Of a stretch of 38,562 bases of DNA, positions 9,641 through 18,806 are shown piece by piece. The stretch is from sequence record SRR20825006_483, one strand, 5' to 3'. The notes under the pieces are model-generated. The model saw only the letters and a list, made by a program, of their open reading frames with translations. It ran no database searches and was not told the origin of the DNA. Numbering within the stretch: position 1 is the first letter of the stretch; the number at the start of each line of letters is the position of its first letter. Position numbers and translations under genes: made by a program.

Positions 9641-9646
9641 TATAAT
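9641..9646 (+). promoter_or_regulatory. Candidate sigma70 -10 element
   Basis: Perfect TATAAT in a GC-rich divergent intergenic region, 60 nt upstream of ATG 9707. No clear -35 seen. Confidence 0.4.
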
Positions 9647-9706
9647 GATAAGAATCGAACCGCACTCGTTCCAAGTTCACAACTTCGGGCACCCACGGAG
9701 CTATCC

Positions 9707-11470
9707 ATGACCAGCGTCGCCCCATCGCAGGATCCGCACGACGAGTTGACCCAGTGGTCGCCCGAGGAAGCCAAGTCCAAAGTGGAATCGAAGGTTCGTT
9801 CCGCTCGCAGGCGAATGATGCTTGGGAAGTTTGGACGCACGTTCGCTGTAACTTGGTTTGTTGGTTTGATTGTCGCAACGATTGCGGTCGGTGCGATGGC
9901 AATCACTCCGTTGCCGCTGGATCGCTTCGGATTGGAATCATCCGAAGTTGGAGCCTCCCCGTTGACGGTGCAGCAATGGGCGATGGGATGGATCGTGGCT
10001 GCCACCGTGGTTTCCATGATTGTGTCCGCGATCGTGACGATGGTCTCGGCTCCATCGGTCATGCGAGTCGCTGCCGAAGTCGATTCTCGATTCGGATTGA
10101 AAGAACGTTTGAGCAGCGCATTGTCATCCGATGATTCGACGGATGGAAAATCCGCGGCCGGGAACGCACTCCGGCAGGATGCCGCCCGACGAGCCAGCAA
10201 GCTGGACGTGGCGGAGAAGTTTGCTTTGTCACCTCAGCGAGTTTCTTGGTTGCCGCTGGCGATTGTCCCGATTTTGGCCGTCTTGGTTTTCGCGATCGAG
10301 CCGGCAACCGAAATCACTTCCGAGCTGAACAACGAAGTCAACGCGAGCGAAGTTCGACAAGTTAAAATCGCCGCCGCGGAGCTGAAGAAACGTTTGGCTC
10401 AACAAAAGCGAGAAGCCGATGCGAAGGGCTTACTCGAGGCACGCGAACTGTTCGAGAAGATGGAATCGCAACTCGACAAGATCACCGAAAGCAAAACGTT
10501 GAAACGCAAGGACGCGTTGCTGGAACTCAACGACATCAAAGAACAAATTCAAGCTCGCAAGGACCGACTGGGGTCGCCGGAAGAGATGCGAAAGACGCTC
10601 GCTCAGATGAAGGGGCTCGATGGCGGTCCGGCCGAAAAGGTTTTGTCGCAGATCCAAAAGGGTGAGTTTGGCAAAGCTGCGGAAGAGATCAAAAAGCTCG
10701 CAAAGCAAGTGAAAGATGGCAAGCTCACCGATCAGCAGAAAGAAAAGCTGAACAAGCAAATCAAAAAGATGGCAGAGCAGATGAAAGAGGCTGCAAAGAA
10801 CCACGAAGAGAAAAAGAAGCAATTGCGAGAGAAGATCGAACAGGCCAAAAAAGAAGGACGCAACGAAGAGGCCGCCAAGTTGCAGCAGAAACTGAACGAA
10901 TCTGAATCAGCCGATGCACAGATGCAGCAAATGCAGAAGATGGCTGATGCGATGCAGCAAGCCGCCGACGCGATGCAGCAAGGCGATGAATCCGCAGCTG
11001 CTCAAGCGATGGAAGAAATGTCCAGTCAGTTGGGCGACATGCAAATGGCCATGTCCGAGCTGGAAGATTTGGAATCGGCCCTGGGTGACCTGTCGCAGTC
11101 CAAGAACCAAATGAACTGCAAACAATGCAATGGCGATGGTTGCCAAGCCTGCCAGGGTCAGGGATTTGGTGAGGGCGAAGAACCAGGGATGGGAATGGGA
11201 CGCGGCAAGGGTAAAGGAGACCGACCCGAAGAAGAAACGGACGTCAACACCTACGACACTCAGGTTCGCGGCAAGGTCAAACGCGGACGAGCAATCATCG
11301 CTGGTTTTGCGGACGGTCCCAACCGAAAAGGTGTGACCCGCGAAGACATCCAGTCGGCGATCGAGTCGAACCTCAGCGAAGAAGGTGATCCACTCGAAGA
11401 TCAGGTCTTGCCTCGTGACGAACGTGAACAAACCCGTGAATACTTTGATCGATTGCGAGAGGGTTCATGA
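9707..11470 (+). CDS. Membrane-anchored long coiled-coil protein with tandem CxxCxGxG motifs
   Basis: Start at ATG 9707 with GGAG upstream (ORF track starts at 9560). Three N-terminal TMs, a K/E/Q-rich coiled coil, CKQCNGDG-CQACQGQG, a Gly-rich linker, and C-terminal LPRDEREQTREYFDRL. Confidence 0.8.
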   Translation: MTSVAPSQDPHDELTQWSPEEAKSKVESKVRSARRRMMLGKFGRTFAVTWFVGLIVATIAVGAMAITPLPLDRFGLESSEVGASPLTVQQWAMGWIVAATVVSMIVSAIVTMVSAPSVMRVAAEVDSRFGLKERLSSALSSDDSTDGKSAAGNALRQDAARRASKLDVAEKFALSPQRVSWLPLAIVPILAVLVFAIEPATEITSELNNEVNASEVRQVKIAAAELKKRLAQQKREADAKGLLEARELFEKMESQLDKITESKTLKRKDALLELNDIKEQIQARKDRLGSPEEMRKTLAQMKGLDGGPAEKVLSQIQKGEFGKAAEEIKKLAKQVKDGKLTDQQKEKLNKQIKKMAEQMKEAAKNHEEKKKQLREKIEQAKKEGRNEEAAKLQQKLNESESADAQMQQMQKMADAMQQAADAMQQGDESAAAQAMEEMSSQLGDMQMAMSELEDLESALGDLSQSKNQMNCKQCNGDGCQACQGQGFGEGEEPGMGMGRGKGKGDRPEEETDVNTYDTQVRGKVKRGRAIIAGFADGPNRKGVTREDIQSAIESNLSEEGDPLEDQVLPRDEREQTREYFDRLREGS

Positions 11471-12072
11471 ATCGCGGCAACGTCTTGATGGTTGTTGTCG
11501 TTGTAGTGGGATGCGTTTGGCGTGGGTTGTGGCTGTCCGCCGGCGTGACCAATTCCACCTCGGTTGCCGACGTGACTCGCACCGAGTTGCTCCGCCAAAT
11601 CACTGATGAACTGAAGACACGCGGACATGTCTCCGGTCCGCAGAACCTGCATAGCGTTCAGGTGTTGGCGTATTTTGGTGATGCCAGCTCGACAGAGCCA
11701 TCGGTTGCTGCATCTCGATCATGGAAGCTTGATTCTGTTCAGCGATTCGATCCCAACGCGGAAGTGTGGATCGTGTCGGGTGCCGATGGCAAACCAGGTT
11801 GGGACGGCTGGGATGATAACCAAAATGGCACGGTCGACGACTTAAGCGAACTTGGTGCCGCATGGAGCGATGACCATTGTTTGACACCGCTGGATTCGGG
11901 GTACAAACAAGTCGATCCCGTCTATTCGCGGATCATCAATCGCGGAACGTTTGTCCCCTCCGACTTCGAATCTTTCGCGGCGGATCATTCTTTTGACCCG
12001 GACGAAAGCGACCACCAACCACATTCGTGGCGAGTGACGTTCGTTGATCAGGCCGCAGCCGAGCTCCGCTGA
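11467..12072 (+). CDS. Hypothetical exported/membrane-anchored protein with acidic Ca-binding-like motif
   Basis: ATGA overlap with the upstream gene. N-terminal hydrophobic segment and GADGKPGWDGWDDNQNGTVDDLSELG. Confidence 0.75.
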   Translation: MNRGNVLMVVVVVVGCVWRGLWLSAGVTNSTSVADVTRTELLRQITDELKTRGHVSGPQNLHSVQVLAYFGDASSTEPSVAASRSWKLDSVQRFDPNAEVWIVSGADGKPGWDGWDDNQNGTVDDLSELGAAWSDDHCLTPLDSGYKQVDPVYSRIINRGTFVPSDFESFAADHSFDPDESDHQPHSWRVTFVDQAAAELR

Positions 12073-12824
12073 GCAGCTGTTTCAGAAGTCCAAGCTTGGC
12101 GTTGTTGATCCAGCCGATGGATCGTTCGTTCGTCGATATGTTGACATCTTTCGCGTGCTCCCCATGCCAACACGACGTGCGTCCAAAACGCCAGTTGACG
12201 ATAGTCTTCGTTGGCCCATTCAGCGATCAGCTTCACGGCGTCTTCGGTGACGCGAGGTCGGAGCTGACCGGCGTGTGACAGCGCTGCTGCGAGACAACGG
12301 GCAAGCGAATCTGTGGAAACGCTCATGGTATAACTGACGCCAGAAGAGGTTTCTGGACCCATCAGGAGCAACGTCATTGGGCTGCATCGCGGATCGAGCT
12401 TCAAGGACTGCTTGTACCACTGAATCGTTGCCTGGTCGGGTGTTCCGTCGACGATGCACAACGTGTGAATGCCAAGGGGCCGATTGCTTCTTGCAATCGA
12501 CAGCCATTGCTGACAAACGTCATGGTCAAATTTTGTTGCCTCTGTTCCCAAAACGTCCAGCGGTAGATCAGCCAAACCGTGTGTTGCCATCCACTGTCTG
12601 GCCCACGTGGTTGCGCCAACTCCCGGGCAGATGTTCAACTTCGCGATTCCGACCTTGTTTCGCAGAATGGTTTCCAACCAGATCCGAGCCTGCGAATGTT
12701 CTGCGGACGCGTATAGAAACTCATCTGGCCGCGATGGAACGTTCACCGCGGGAGAATCGGCGAATGGTTGGCGGAACAATCCCCAGTGGCTTTGATCGGC
12801 CGGGCTGAGCAACGGGATCGGCAT
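12048..12824 (-). CDS. Degenerate ExeA/GspA-like P-loop ATPase homolog
   Basis: HWGLFRQPF N-terminus, PGVGATT (Walker A with Lys lost), LCIVDG (Walker B with Glu lost), LLLMGPE, and LSHAG...VTEDAVKLI follow the ExeA-family layout. ATG 12824 preferred over TTG 12899. Confidence 0.65.
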   Translation of the reverse strand: MPIPLLSPADQSHWGLFRQPFADSPAVNVPSRPDEFLYASAEHSQARIWLETILRNKVGIAKLNICPGVGATTWARQWMATHGLADLPLDVLGTEATKFDHDVCQQWLSIARSNRPLGIHTLCIVDGTPDQATIQWYKQSLKLDPRCSPMTLLLMGPETSSGVSYTMSVSTDSLARCLAAALSHAGQLRPRVTEDAVKLIAEWANEDYRQLAFWTHVVLAWGARERCQHIDERTIHRLDQQRQAWTSETAAQRSSAAA

Positions 12825-13078
12825 CGACGGCGGTCTCTCTCGGAAAAGAATCGGCTGACCCAGCGGGGAGATGCATGACCGAAGCTGACGTGGCAGCAAT
12901 CTGAGTCAAGAATCTTTGGTTGGTTTGAGGCACCACTGGGGTTCGCTAGTCAGTCAGATCGACTGACCCGCTCGCCGATCGCTTTCCGTTTCGGTTACCT
13001 TGCACCGATCGATGCAACCGGCACGATTGTACCTTTTGTCTTTTTTGTATCTTTTCGAATCCTGCTGAACCGCTCGCG

Positions 13079-13921
13079 ATGACCCGACGCTATTACGTTC
13101 CCGATCTACAAACCCAAGCACCCGTTGTGCAACTGCCTGATGAAGAGGCGTCGCACGCGTCGCGAGTCATGAGGGTGCAAATAGGTGACCGGATCGAGTT
13201 GTTTGACGGGTGCGGGCATCAGTCTGATGCGGAAGTCGTATCAGTCAGCAAACGGGAATGTGTTGTCCGGTGCGATGCGATCGAGGCCGTGGATCGGGAG
13301 CCCAGCATCGCGGTCGACCTTGCGATCGGTTTGCCCAAACCGGATCGAGCCAAGGAAATGATCGAGCGGTTGACCGAGCTGGGCGTTGCGCGTGTGTTTC
13401 CAATCGTCTTCGAAAGAACCCAGCGGCCTCCTAAGGAAAATTTTCTCGACAAGCTTCGAAGGATCGTGATCGAGTCGTGCAAGCAATCGGGACGCAACGT
13501 TCTGATGACAATCGAATCACCAATCGACTTCGTTAGCTTCACCGAGACACTTGCCGCAAGCAGCGCGACCAACGACGAGGAAGATCCACAGCCGCGTCAA
13601 TGGAGTTGGCAACGGGTGTTGGTCGCGATGCCGGACTCACCGCCGCTGAGTGCAACGGATGTTGAGCCAACCGGCGTGAGGCAAACCGGCGCGGGCCAAA
13701 CGGGCGTGGGACAAACCGACGTGGGACAACTCAACACAGGGCAATCCGGTTTGAATGGCCGACCGAGAACGCTGGCATTGATAGGCCCGGAGGGTGGGTT
13801 GTCGGAGGCGGAGCATCAGAGATGCGTCGACGTCGGAGCAGAATCCATTGGATTGGGGCGGCGGATTTTGAGGATTGAAACGGCTGCGGCGATTGTTGCG
13901 GCACGCTTGGTGGTGGATTGA
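13079..13921 (+). CDS. rsmE: 16S rRNA (uracil-1498-N3)-methyltransferase RsmE
   Basis: HASRVMR, LFDG, IERLTELGV, ESCKQSGR, LIGPEGGLS, LGRRILRIETAA. Confidence 0.95.
   Translation: MTRRYYVPDLQTQAPVVQLPDEEASHASRVMRVQIGDRIELFDGCGHQSDAEVVSVSKRECVVRCDAIEAVDREPSIAVDLAIGLPKPDRAKEMIERLTELGVARVFPIVFERTQRPPKENFLDKLRRIVIESCKQSGRNVLMTIESPIDFVSFTETLAASSATNDEEDPQPRQWSWQRVLVAMPDSPPLSATDVEPTGVRQTGAGQTGVGQTDVGQLNTGQSGLNGRPRTLALIGPEGGLSEAEHQRCVDVGAESIGLGRRILRIETAAAIVAARLVVD
13670..13744 (+). repeat. In-frame 15-bp degenerate tandem repeat (4-5 units) inside rsmE
   Basis: accggcgtgaggcaa / accggcgcgggccaa / acgggcgtgggacaa / accgacgtgggacaa / ctcaacacagggcaa, encoding TGVRQ-TGAGQ-TGVGQ-TDVGQ-LNTGQ. Confidence 0.85.
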
Positions 13922-13981
13922 TAGATATGTTCACTATGAAGGCAGGTTGCAGTTCGGGCTCGAATCGCAAGCTAGGTTTGC

Positions 13982-15382
13982 ATGGCCAACGATCTCGTCC
14001 CGCTGGGGTGGGTTGTTCGGAACCAATGCAAACAACTCCAAATGCTTGCTTCACGCATGAATGCCCTGCTAACCGACACACACAACTTCGAATCAGCCGC
14101 GTTGGGCGGTTTGTTGACGGACGATACGTTTTGGCCGGCGGAACCCCGCTCGCTGAATGAACTCGGCCTGTCGGTCAGCTTTATCGAAGCGTTGACGATC
14201 AAGTCGATTCATCAAATCGGAACCATCAGCGGTCGCAATGTGGCGACGATGATGGGATTGCCGTTTCGTTTGGTGGAACCCATCGTTGATGCGCTTCGGA
14301 CTCGCAAGTTTGTTGCTCACGTGCGACCGGCAGCGTTCAACGACTATTACTACTCGCTGACCGAACTGGGACAAAAGCGGGCGCAGACTCACCTTCAGCA
14401 ATGCAGCTACATCGGGCCAGCACCCGTGCCATTGGCTGATTACACACTCAGCGTGGAAGCTCAAGCCGCCGGTGTCGATCCCATCGAGCGAGATGATTTG
14501 CAAGCTTCACTTTCGAAGATCTCCTACCAGGACGAATTGCTCGACCAGATTGGTCCCGCGATCAATAGCAACACTGGGATGTTCCTGTTCGGTCCTCCCG
14601 GCAATGGAAAGACCACCATCGCTCGAAGCTTGACCCAGTGTTTGGGACAGGAAATCTGGATCCCCCATGCGATTCTGGATGACGGCAATTTGATCAAAGT
14701 CAAAGACGATGCCTATCACCAAGAAGCGCCTGTGCCGGAAGGCGACGGTCAGTTGTTGAAGGCGCAAGAATGGGACAAGCGTTGGGTGCGAATTCAACGA
14801 CCCAGCGTCGTTGTTGGCGGTGAATTGGTAATGGAGAACCTCGAAGTTCGCCACGATCATCGATCCAATATCTGCGAAGCACCGCTTCAGATGAAAAGCA
14901 ACTGCGGTTGTCTGTTGATCGATGACTTTGGTCGTCAACGAATTGCTCCGGAAGAGTTGCTCAACCGGTGGATTGTGCCGCTGGAAAATCGATGCGATTA
15001 CTTGACGTTGCCAACGGGTAAGAAGATTCAGATCCCGTTTGAGCAGCTCATCTTGTTCTCGACCAATTTGAACCCGGACGACCTTGTTGACGAAGCGTTT
15101 CTTCGCCGCGTCCCCTACAAGATTTTTGTGAACGACCCGTCGCCCGACGAGTTTCGGTCGCTCATGAAAACAGTCGCTTCGCAAATGGGTTTCCCTGAGA
15201 CACCCGAAGCCGCCAACCATTTGCTCGCCTACTACAAGCAAAACAATCGACCACCGCGTCGATGCCACCCGCGAGATTTGCTGACGCAGGTCGCTAACTT
15301 CTGTCGTTACCGTCGATTGCCTTTGACGTTACGTCCGGAGTACCTCGATCAAGCATGCCGTAGTTACTTCAGTGCTCTCTAG
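13982..15382 (+). CDS. AAA+ ATPase with N-terminal winged-helix-like region
   Basis: Walker A GPPGNGKT, Walker B LLIDDFG, sensor-1 FSTNL, Arg finger DEAFLRR. The true start may be ATG 14042 or 14057. Confidence 0.88.
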   Translation: MANDLVPLGWVVRNQCKQLQMLASRMNALLTDTHNFESAALGGLLTDDTFWPAEPRSLNELGLSVSFIEALTIKSIHQIGTISGRNVATMMGLPFRLVEPIVDALRTRKFVAHVRPAAFNDYYYSLTELGQKRAQTHLQQCSYIGPAPVPLADYTLSVEAQAAGVDPIERDDLQASLSKISYQDELLDQIGPAINSNTGMFLFGPPGNGKTTIARSLTQCLGQEIWIPHAILDDGNLIKVKDDAYHQEAPVPEGDGQLLKAQEWDKRWVRIQRPSVVVGGELVMENLEVRHDHRSNICEAPLQMKSNCGCLLIDDFGRQRIAPEELLNRWIVPLENRCDYLTLPTGKKIQIPFEQLILFSTNLNPDDLVDEAFLRRVPYKIFVNDPSPDEFRSLMKTVASQMGFPETPEAANHLLAYYKQNNRPPRRCHPRDLLTQVANFCRYRRLPLTLRPEYLDQACRSYFSAL

Positions 15383-15524
15383 GTTTTGTTCTAGGCGTGG
15401 CTGACCCTTCAACAGGGAATGCTCGACGTCTACTGATTTTTCGAAAGCAGCGGATTCCATCAAAGAATTCGCGCCGAACCAACTTTTCCATTCGCCGCTC
15501 AACAATGTCGTTCACAGTCGCCCG

Positions 15525-18500
15525 ATGACCGTCAAGACAACCCAAACGATCGCTCCCGGATACGAACCAATCACCGGCTACACGCTGGAGAAAAAGATTG
15601 GTGAAGGCGGCTTTGGTGAAGTTTGGTTGGCCAATGCGCCAGGCGGATTGAAGAAAGCGGTCAAGTTTGTGTTTGGTGCCAACGACGCCAGACGCGGTTC
15701 GCGTGAGCTGAAATCGTTGGAGCGAATCAAGGGAGTTCACCACCCGTTTCTGTTGACTCTGGAGCGATTTGGAATCGTGGACGATCGCTTGGTGATCGTC
15801 ACGGAACTGGCTGACGGATCGCTCGAAGACGTATTGAAACGACACCAAGACCGTGGTTCGTGCGGCATTCCCCGGGCTGCTTTGTTGTCGTATCTGCACG
15901 ATGCAGCGGATGCTTTGGATTACTTGCACGGCAGCTATCAACTGCAGCACCTCGACGTGAAGCCAGGAAATTTGTTGTTGGTCGGTGGGCACGTCAAAGT
16001 CGGTGACTTTGGGTTACTCAAAGATCTGCGAGAGATCGATCACTCGGTGATTGGCGGATTGACACCCATCTACGCTCCGCCGGAGTTGTTTGACGGTCGG
16101 CCATGCATCAACAGCGATCAGTATTCGCTCGCGGTGATGTATCAAGAGTTGTTGACCGGTACGCGTCCATTCTCCGGTCGTACGATTGCGCAATTGGCAA
16201 CGCAGCACATCCATGCCGCACCCGTGTTGGATTCATTGCCAGCAGCCGATCGTGTGGCGGTGGCGCGAGCATTGGAGAAAGACCCGGAACGTCGTTTCGA
16301 CTCGTGCAAGGACTTCGTCGAAGCTTTGCGAACGACCCGTGGTCGCGATGAGACGGCCATCCATACTTCGACCAAACCAAGCATTCGGACTCGCCAGGAA
16401 GCCGTCGAAGACTTGCCAAGTCTGAAGTCGGGAAAGGCGATGGTCCACGCCCGTGTGACGGGACACGCCTTGGTGGTCGCCGTTGGTGGCGTCGGAGCAG
16501 AATGCTTGCATGAACTGCGTAGCCGCGTTGCGACCTTGCATAGTGCATGCCCCTTGGATTTGCATTCGGTGTTGATCGACACGGACATGCATACCATTCA
16601 CGCGGCTCGTTTGGCAGAAGCATCGGACCGCATTCCGCCGGCGACAATTCTGCACACACCGCTCAAATCGGCTCAGCAATACCGCGAAGGACGGACTGAT
16701 CACTTCCGATCGTTGTCACGTCGTTGGATTTACAACGTGCCTCGCAGCGGTACGACCGAAGGCATGCGTCCATTGGGTCGGTTGGCGATGATTGATCACG
16801 CGAAAACCATCGACTCGGGGCTTCGCGAATCGATTGATCACTTGGCTGCGGTCTGTGGTGACCGGATTCCGTCGGTCTACATCATTGGTTCGCTTTCTGG
16901 TGGAACGGCGAGTGGAATGGTGATGGACTTGGCACCTCGGATTCGAACAATCTTGGATGAAGCGGGTCTGGAAAGCGCTTCGGTATTGCCGTTGCTGTCG
17001 ACCGTGTCGCTGCAGGGCAACCCGCACCAACCATTGACGCTTCATGATTCATTCGCCGCGATTTCTGAGATCGGTCACTACATGTTGCCCGAGAACAGTT
17101 ATCCCGGGGATTCCGGCGTGGACTGGTCCGGAGTTCCCGCCTCTCGAAACCCGCTGCGAAATGCGTATGTGGTCGTCGATGGCGATCACGCTCTCCCAAA
17201 ATCAGGTTCGGCCGCGGCAACGATGGTGGATTACCTGTGGGCGGATGCGACCGGTGCTGGCGAACTGTTGGCGGAAGCTAGACGAAGTGATCAAGCCGAT
17301 GCTGCGGTGCTCGCGAAACCTATGCTGCGATCGGTCGGAGTGGCTCGGCTGAAATGTGTTCGCGCATTGGAAGAGAATTTGCTCGCGCCCGCTGCGGCAC
17401 GTCACCTTTTGTTGCGTTGGCTCGGCAACCCCAATGAGTCACGTCAGATCGCAGGTCCAACAACCGAACGCTTACGAAAACGGTGCGGTCTGGACATCGC
17501 GAATTATTTGGACGAAGTGAAGGCACCGTTTGGCCAAGGCGCGGACAACATCGCAAGAAATTTGTCCGAGATGCTTTCCCGTCTATCGGTTCAGGAAATC
17601 ATGGATGGCCCACGAATCACGCGACTGTTGAAGGAAAAACTAAGCGAGTGTGATGTTTTGGATCGATTGGACCGTCGGGCGGCAACTCAAATGGTCATGC
17701 TTCGTCGCGAAGTGTCGGTCCGGATGCATGACGGACGAATCGATGTCACATCAAGCATGCAGGCCACCGAAGGATTGATGAATTGGTGTTCGGCCCAAGT
17801 CCAGGAGTTGGAACAATTCCGAACCGACTTACGCGAGCAGCAAACCGCGGTGCGGCAAAAGCTGTGCTCCGATACAGACTTGGAAAGCGAAATCGAAGCG
17901 GCTGAGAAGTTGGCGATGATGGAGTTGAATCTGATTGCATCAGAAATGGCCGGCGAACAGCTCAAAGCATTTGCAAAACGAATTGAGAATCTGCATGCGA
18001 CATTGACCAAGATGGCAGTCGGCATCGCGAAGGCCATTCGATGTGTTCCCGGTGACAATCGCGACACAGAGAATCCTTGGACGGAGATGCCGCAGGAGAT
18101 TCAGATGCGTTTCAATGCGGTACTGGAAAACCTGCATTCGCAAACCGCGTCACCTTGGTTGCTCGGTCCGTTGCGTGACGCGAAAATCGAGTGGGACGAA
18201 CAGGCGATGGCAACCGATTTGGTCGGGAGGTGTTTACCCGTCGTCGAAAATGTGATCGACGCTCATCGACAGTCTTCTGCTAGTTTGACTGATTCAACGA
18301 CCTCGTCAGCATCGGTTCTGACTCAGGATTCAGACCTAACCAATACTCGAGCGATCCCGGATCAACGCGACACCAATACGGCTCAGCTAGCCCGGACAGG
18401 TGTTTGCGAAACTCAAACATTTGAGCAACCACAGAACGGCACCTCGTTGTGGAATGAACAAACAACGATTGAATCCGCGTTGCGGGTTGCATCGCCACCG

Positions 18501-18764
18501 CTGCTGCAATGCGGCGGGCGGCAACGATTGTTGTTGTTGGTCGGAAGCGAGTCGGATCGTGAGCGTTTGGAACCCCAGGTTTCGTCCGCTCACACGGGCT
18601 CATTGACGACGGTGGTGATCCCGGGTGTGACTCCGATTTTGGTTCACGAAGCCCAGCAAATTCCGATTGATAATGTTTTGGAACAGCTGGAGTTGGTATC
18701 CGGCGGCAACACGCAGGTCAGCAAACGCTTGCACGCTCGCAGCGACGTGAACTGGAAAGAATAG
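15525..18764 (+). CDS. Ser/Thr protein kinase fused to a tubulin/FtsZ-like (Tubulin_2/FtsZl1-type) GTPase domain and a helical C-terminal region
   Basis: Kinase: IGEGGFGEV, KAVK, HLDVKPGN, DFG, APPE, SDQYSLA. Tubulin-like domain from ~16461: LVVAVGGVG, LIDTD, GMRPLGRLA, VYIIGSLSGGTASG. No obvious TM segment. Confidence 0.88.
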   Translation: MTVKTTQTIAPGYEPITGYTLEKKIGEGGFGEVWLANAPGGLKKAVKFVFGANDARRGSRELKSLERIKGVHHPFLLTLERFGIVDDRLVIVTELADGSLEDVLKRHQDRGSCGIPRAALLSYLHDAADALDYLHGSYQLQHLDVKPGNLLLVGGHVKVGDFGLLKDLREIDHSVIGGLTPIYAPPELFDGRPCINSDQYSLAVMYQELLTGTRPFSGRTIAQLATQHIHAAPVLDSLPAADRVAVARALEKDPERRFDSCKDFVEALRTTRGRDETAIHTSTKPSIRTRQEAVEDLPSLKSGKAMVHARVTGHALVVAVGGVGAECLHELRSRVATLHSACPLDLHSVLIDTDMHTIHAARLAEASDRIPPATILHTPLKSAQQYREGRTDHFRSLSRRWIYNVPRSGTTEGMRPLGRLAMIDHAKTIDSGLRESIDHLAAVCGDRIPSVYIIGSLSGGTASGMVMDLAPRIRTILDEAGLESASVLPLLSTVSLQGNPHQPLTLHDSFAAISEIGHYMLPENSYPGDSGVDWSGVPASRNPLRNAYVVVDGDHALPKSGSAAATMVDYLWADATGAGELLAEARRSDQADAAVLAKPMLRSVGVARLKCVRALEENLLAPAAARHLLLRWLGNPNESRQIAGPTTERLRKRCGLDIANYLDEVKAPFGQGADNIARNLSEMLSRLSVQEIMDGPRITRLLKEKLSECDVLDRLDRRAATQMVMLRREVSVRMHDGRIDVTSSMQATEGLMNWCSAQVQELEQFRTDLREQQTAVRQKLCSDTDLESEIEAAEKLAMMELNLIASEMAGEQLKAFAKRIENLHATLTKMAVGIAKAIRCVPGDNRDTENPWTEMPQEIQMRFNAVLENLHSQTASPWLLGPLRDAKIEWDEQAMATDLVGRCLPVVENVIDAHRQSSASLTDSTTSSASVLTQDSDLTNTRAIPDQRDTNTAQLARTGVCETQTFEQPQNGTSLWNEQTTIESALRVASPPLLQCGGRQRLLLLVGSESDRERLEPQVSSAHTGSLTTVVIPGVTPILVHEAQQIPIDNVLEQLELVSGGNTQVSKRLHARSDVNWKE

Positions 18765-18806
18765 CCAACCGCTTCTGGCAAACCGAAAAGCGTGTCAGGA
18801 AGCTCT

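Noticed and set aside
9560-9706. Upstream extension of the 636-aa ORF
   Set aside because: Contains a TATAAT promoter-like element; ATG 9707 has an SD.
13670-13744. Tandem repeat as a CRISPR array
   Set aside because: 15-bp adjacent in-frame units with no spacers and no cas genes.
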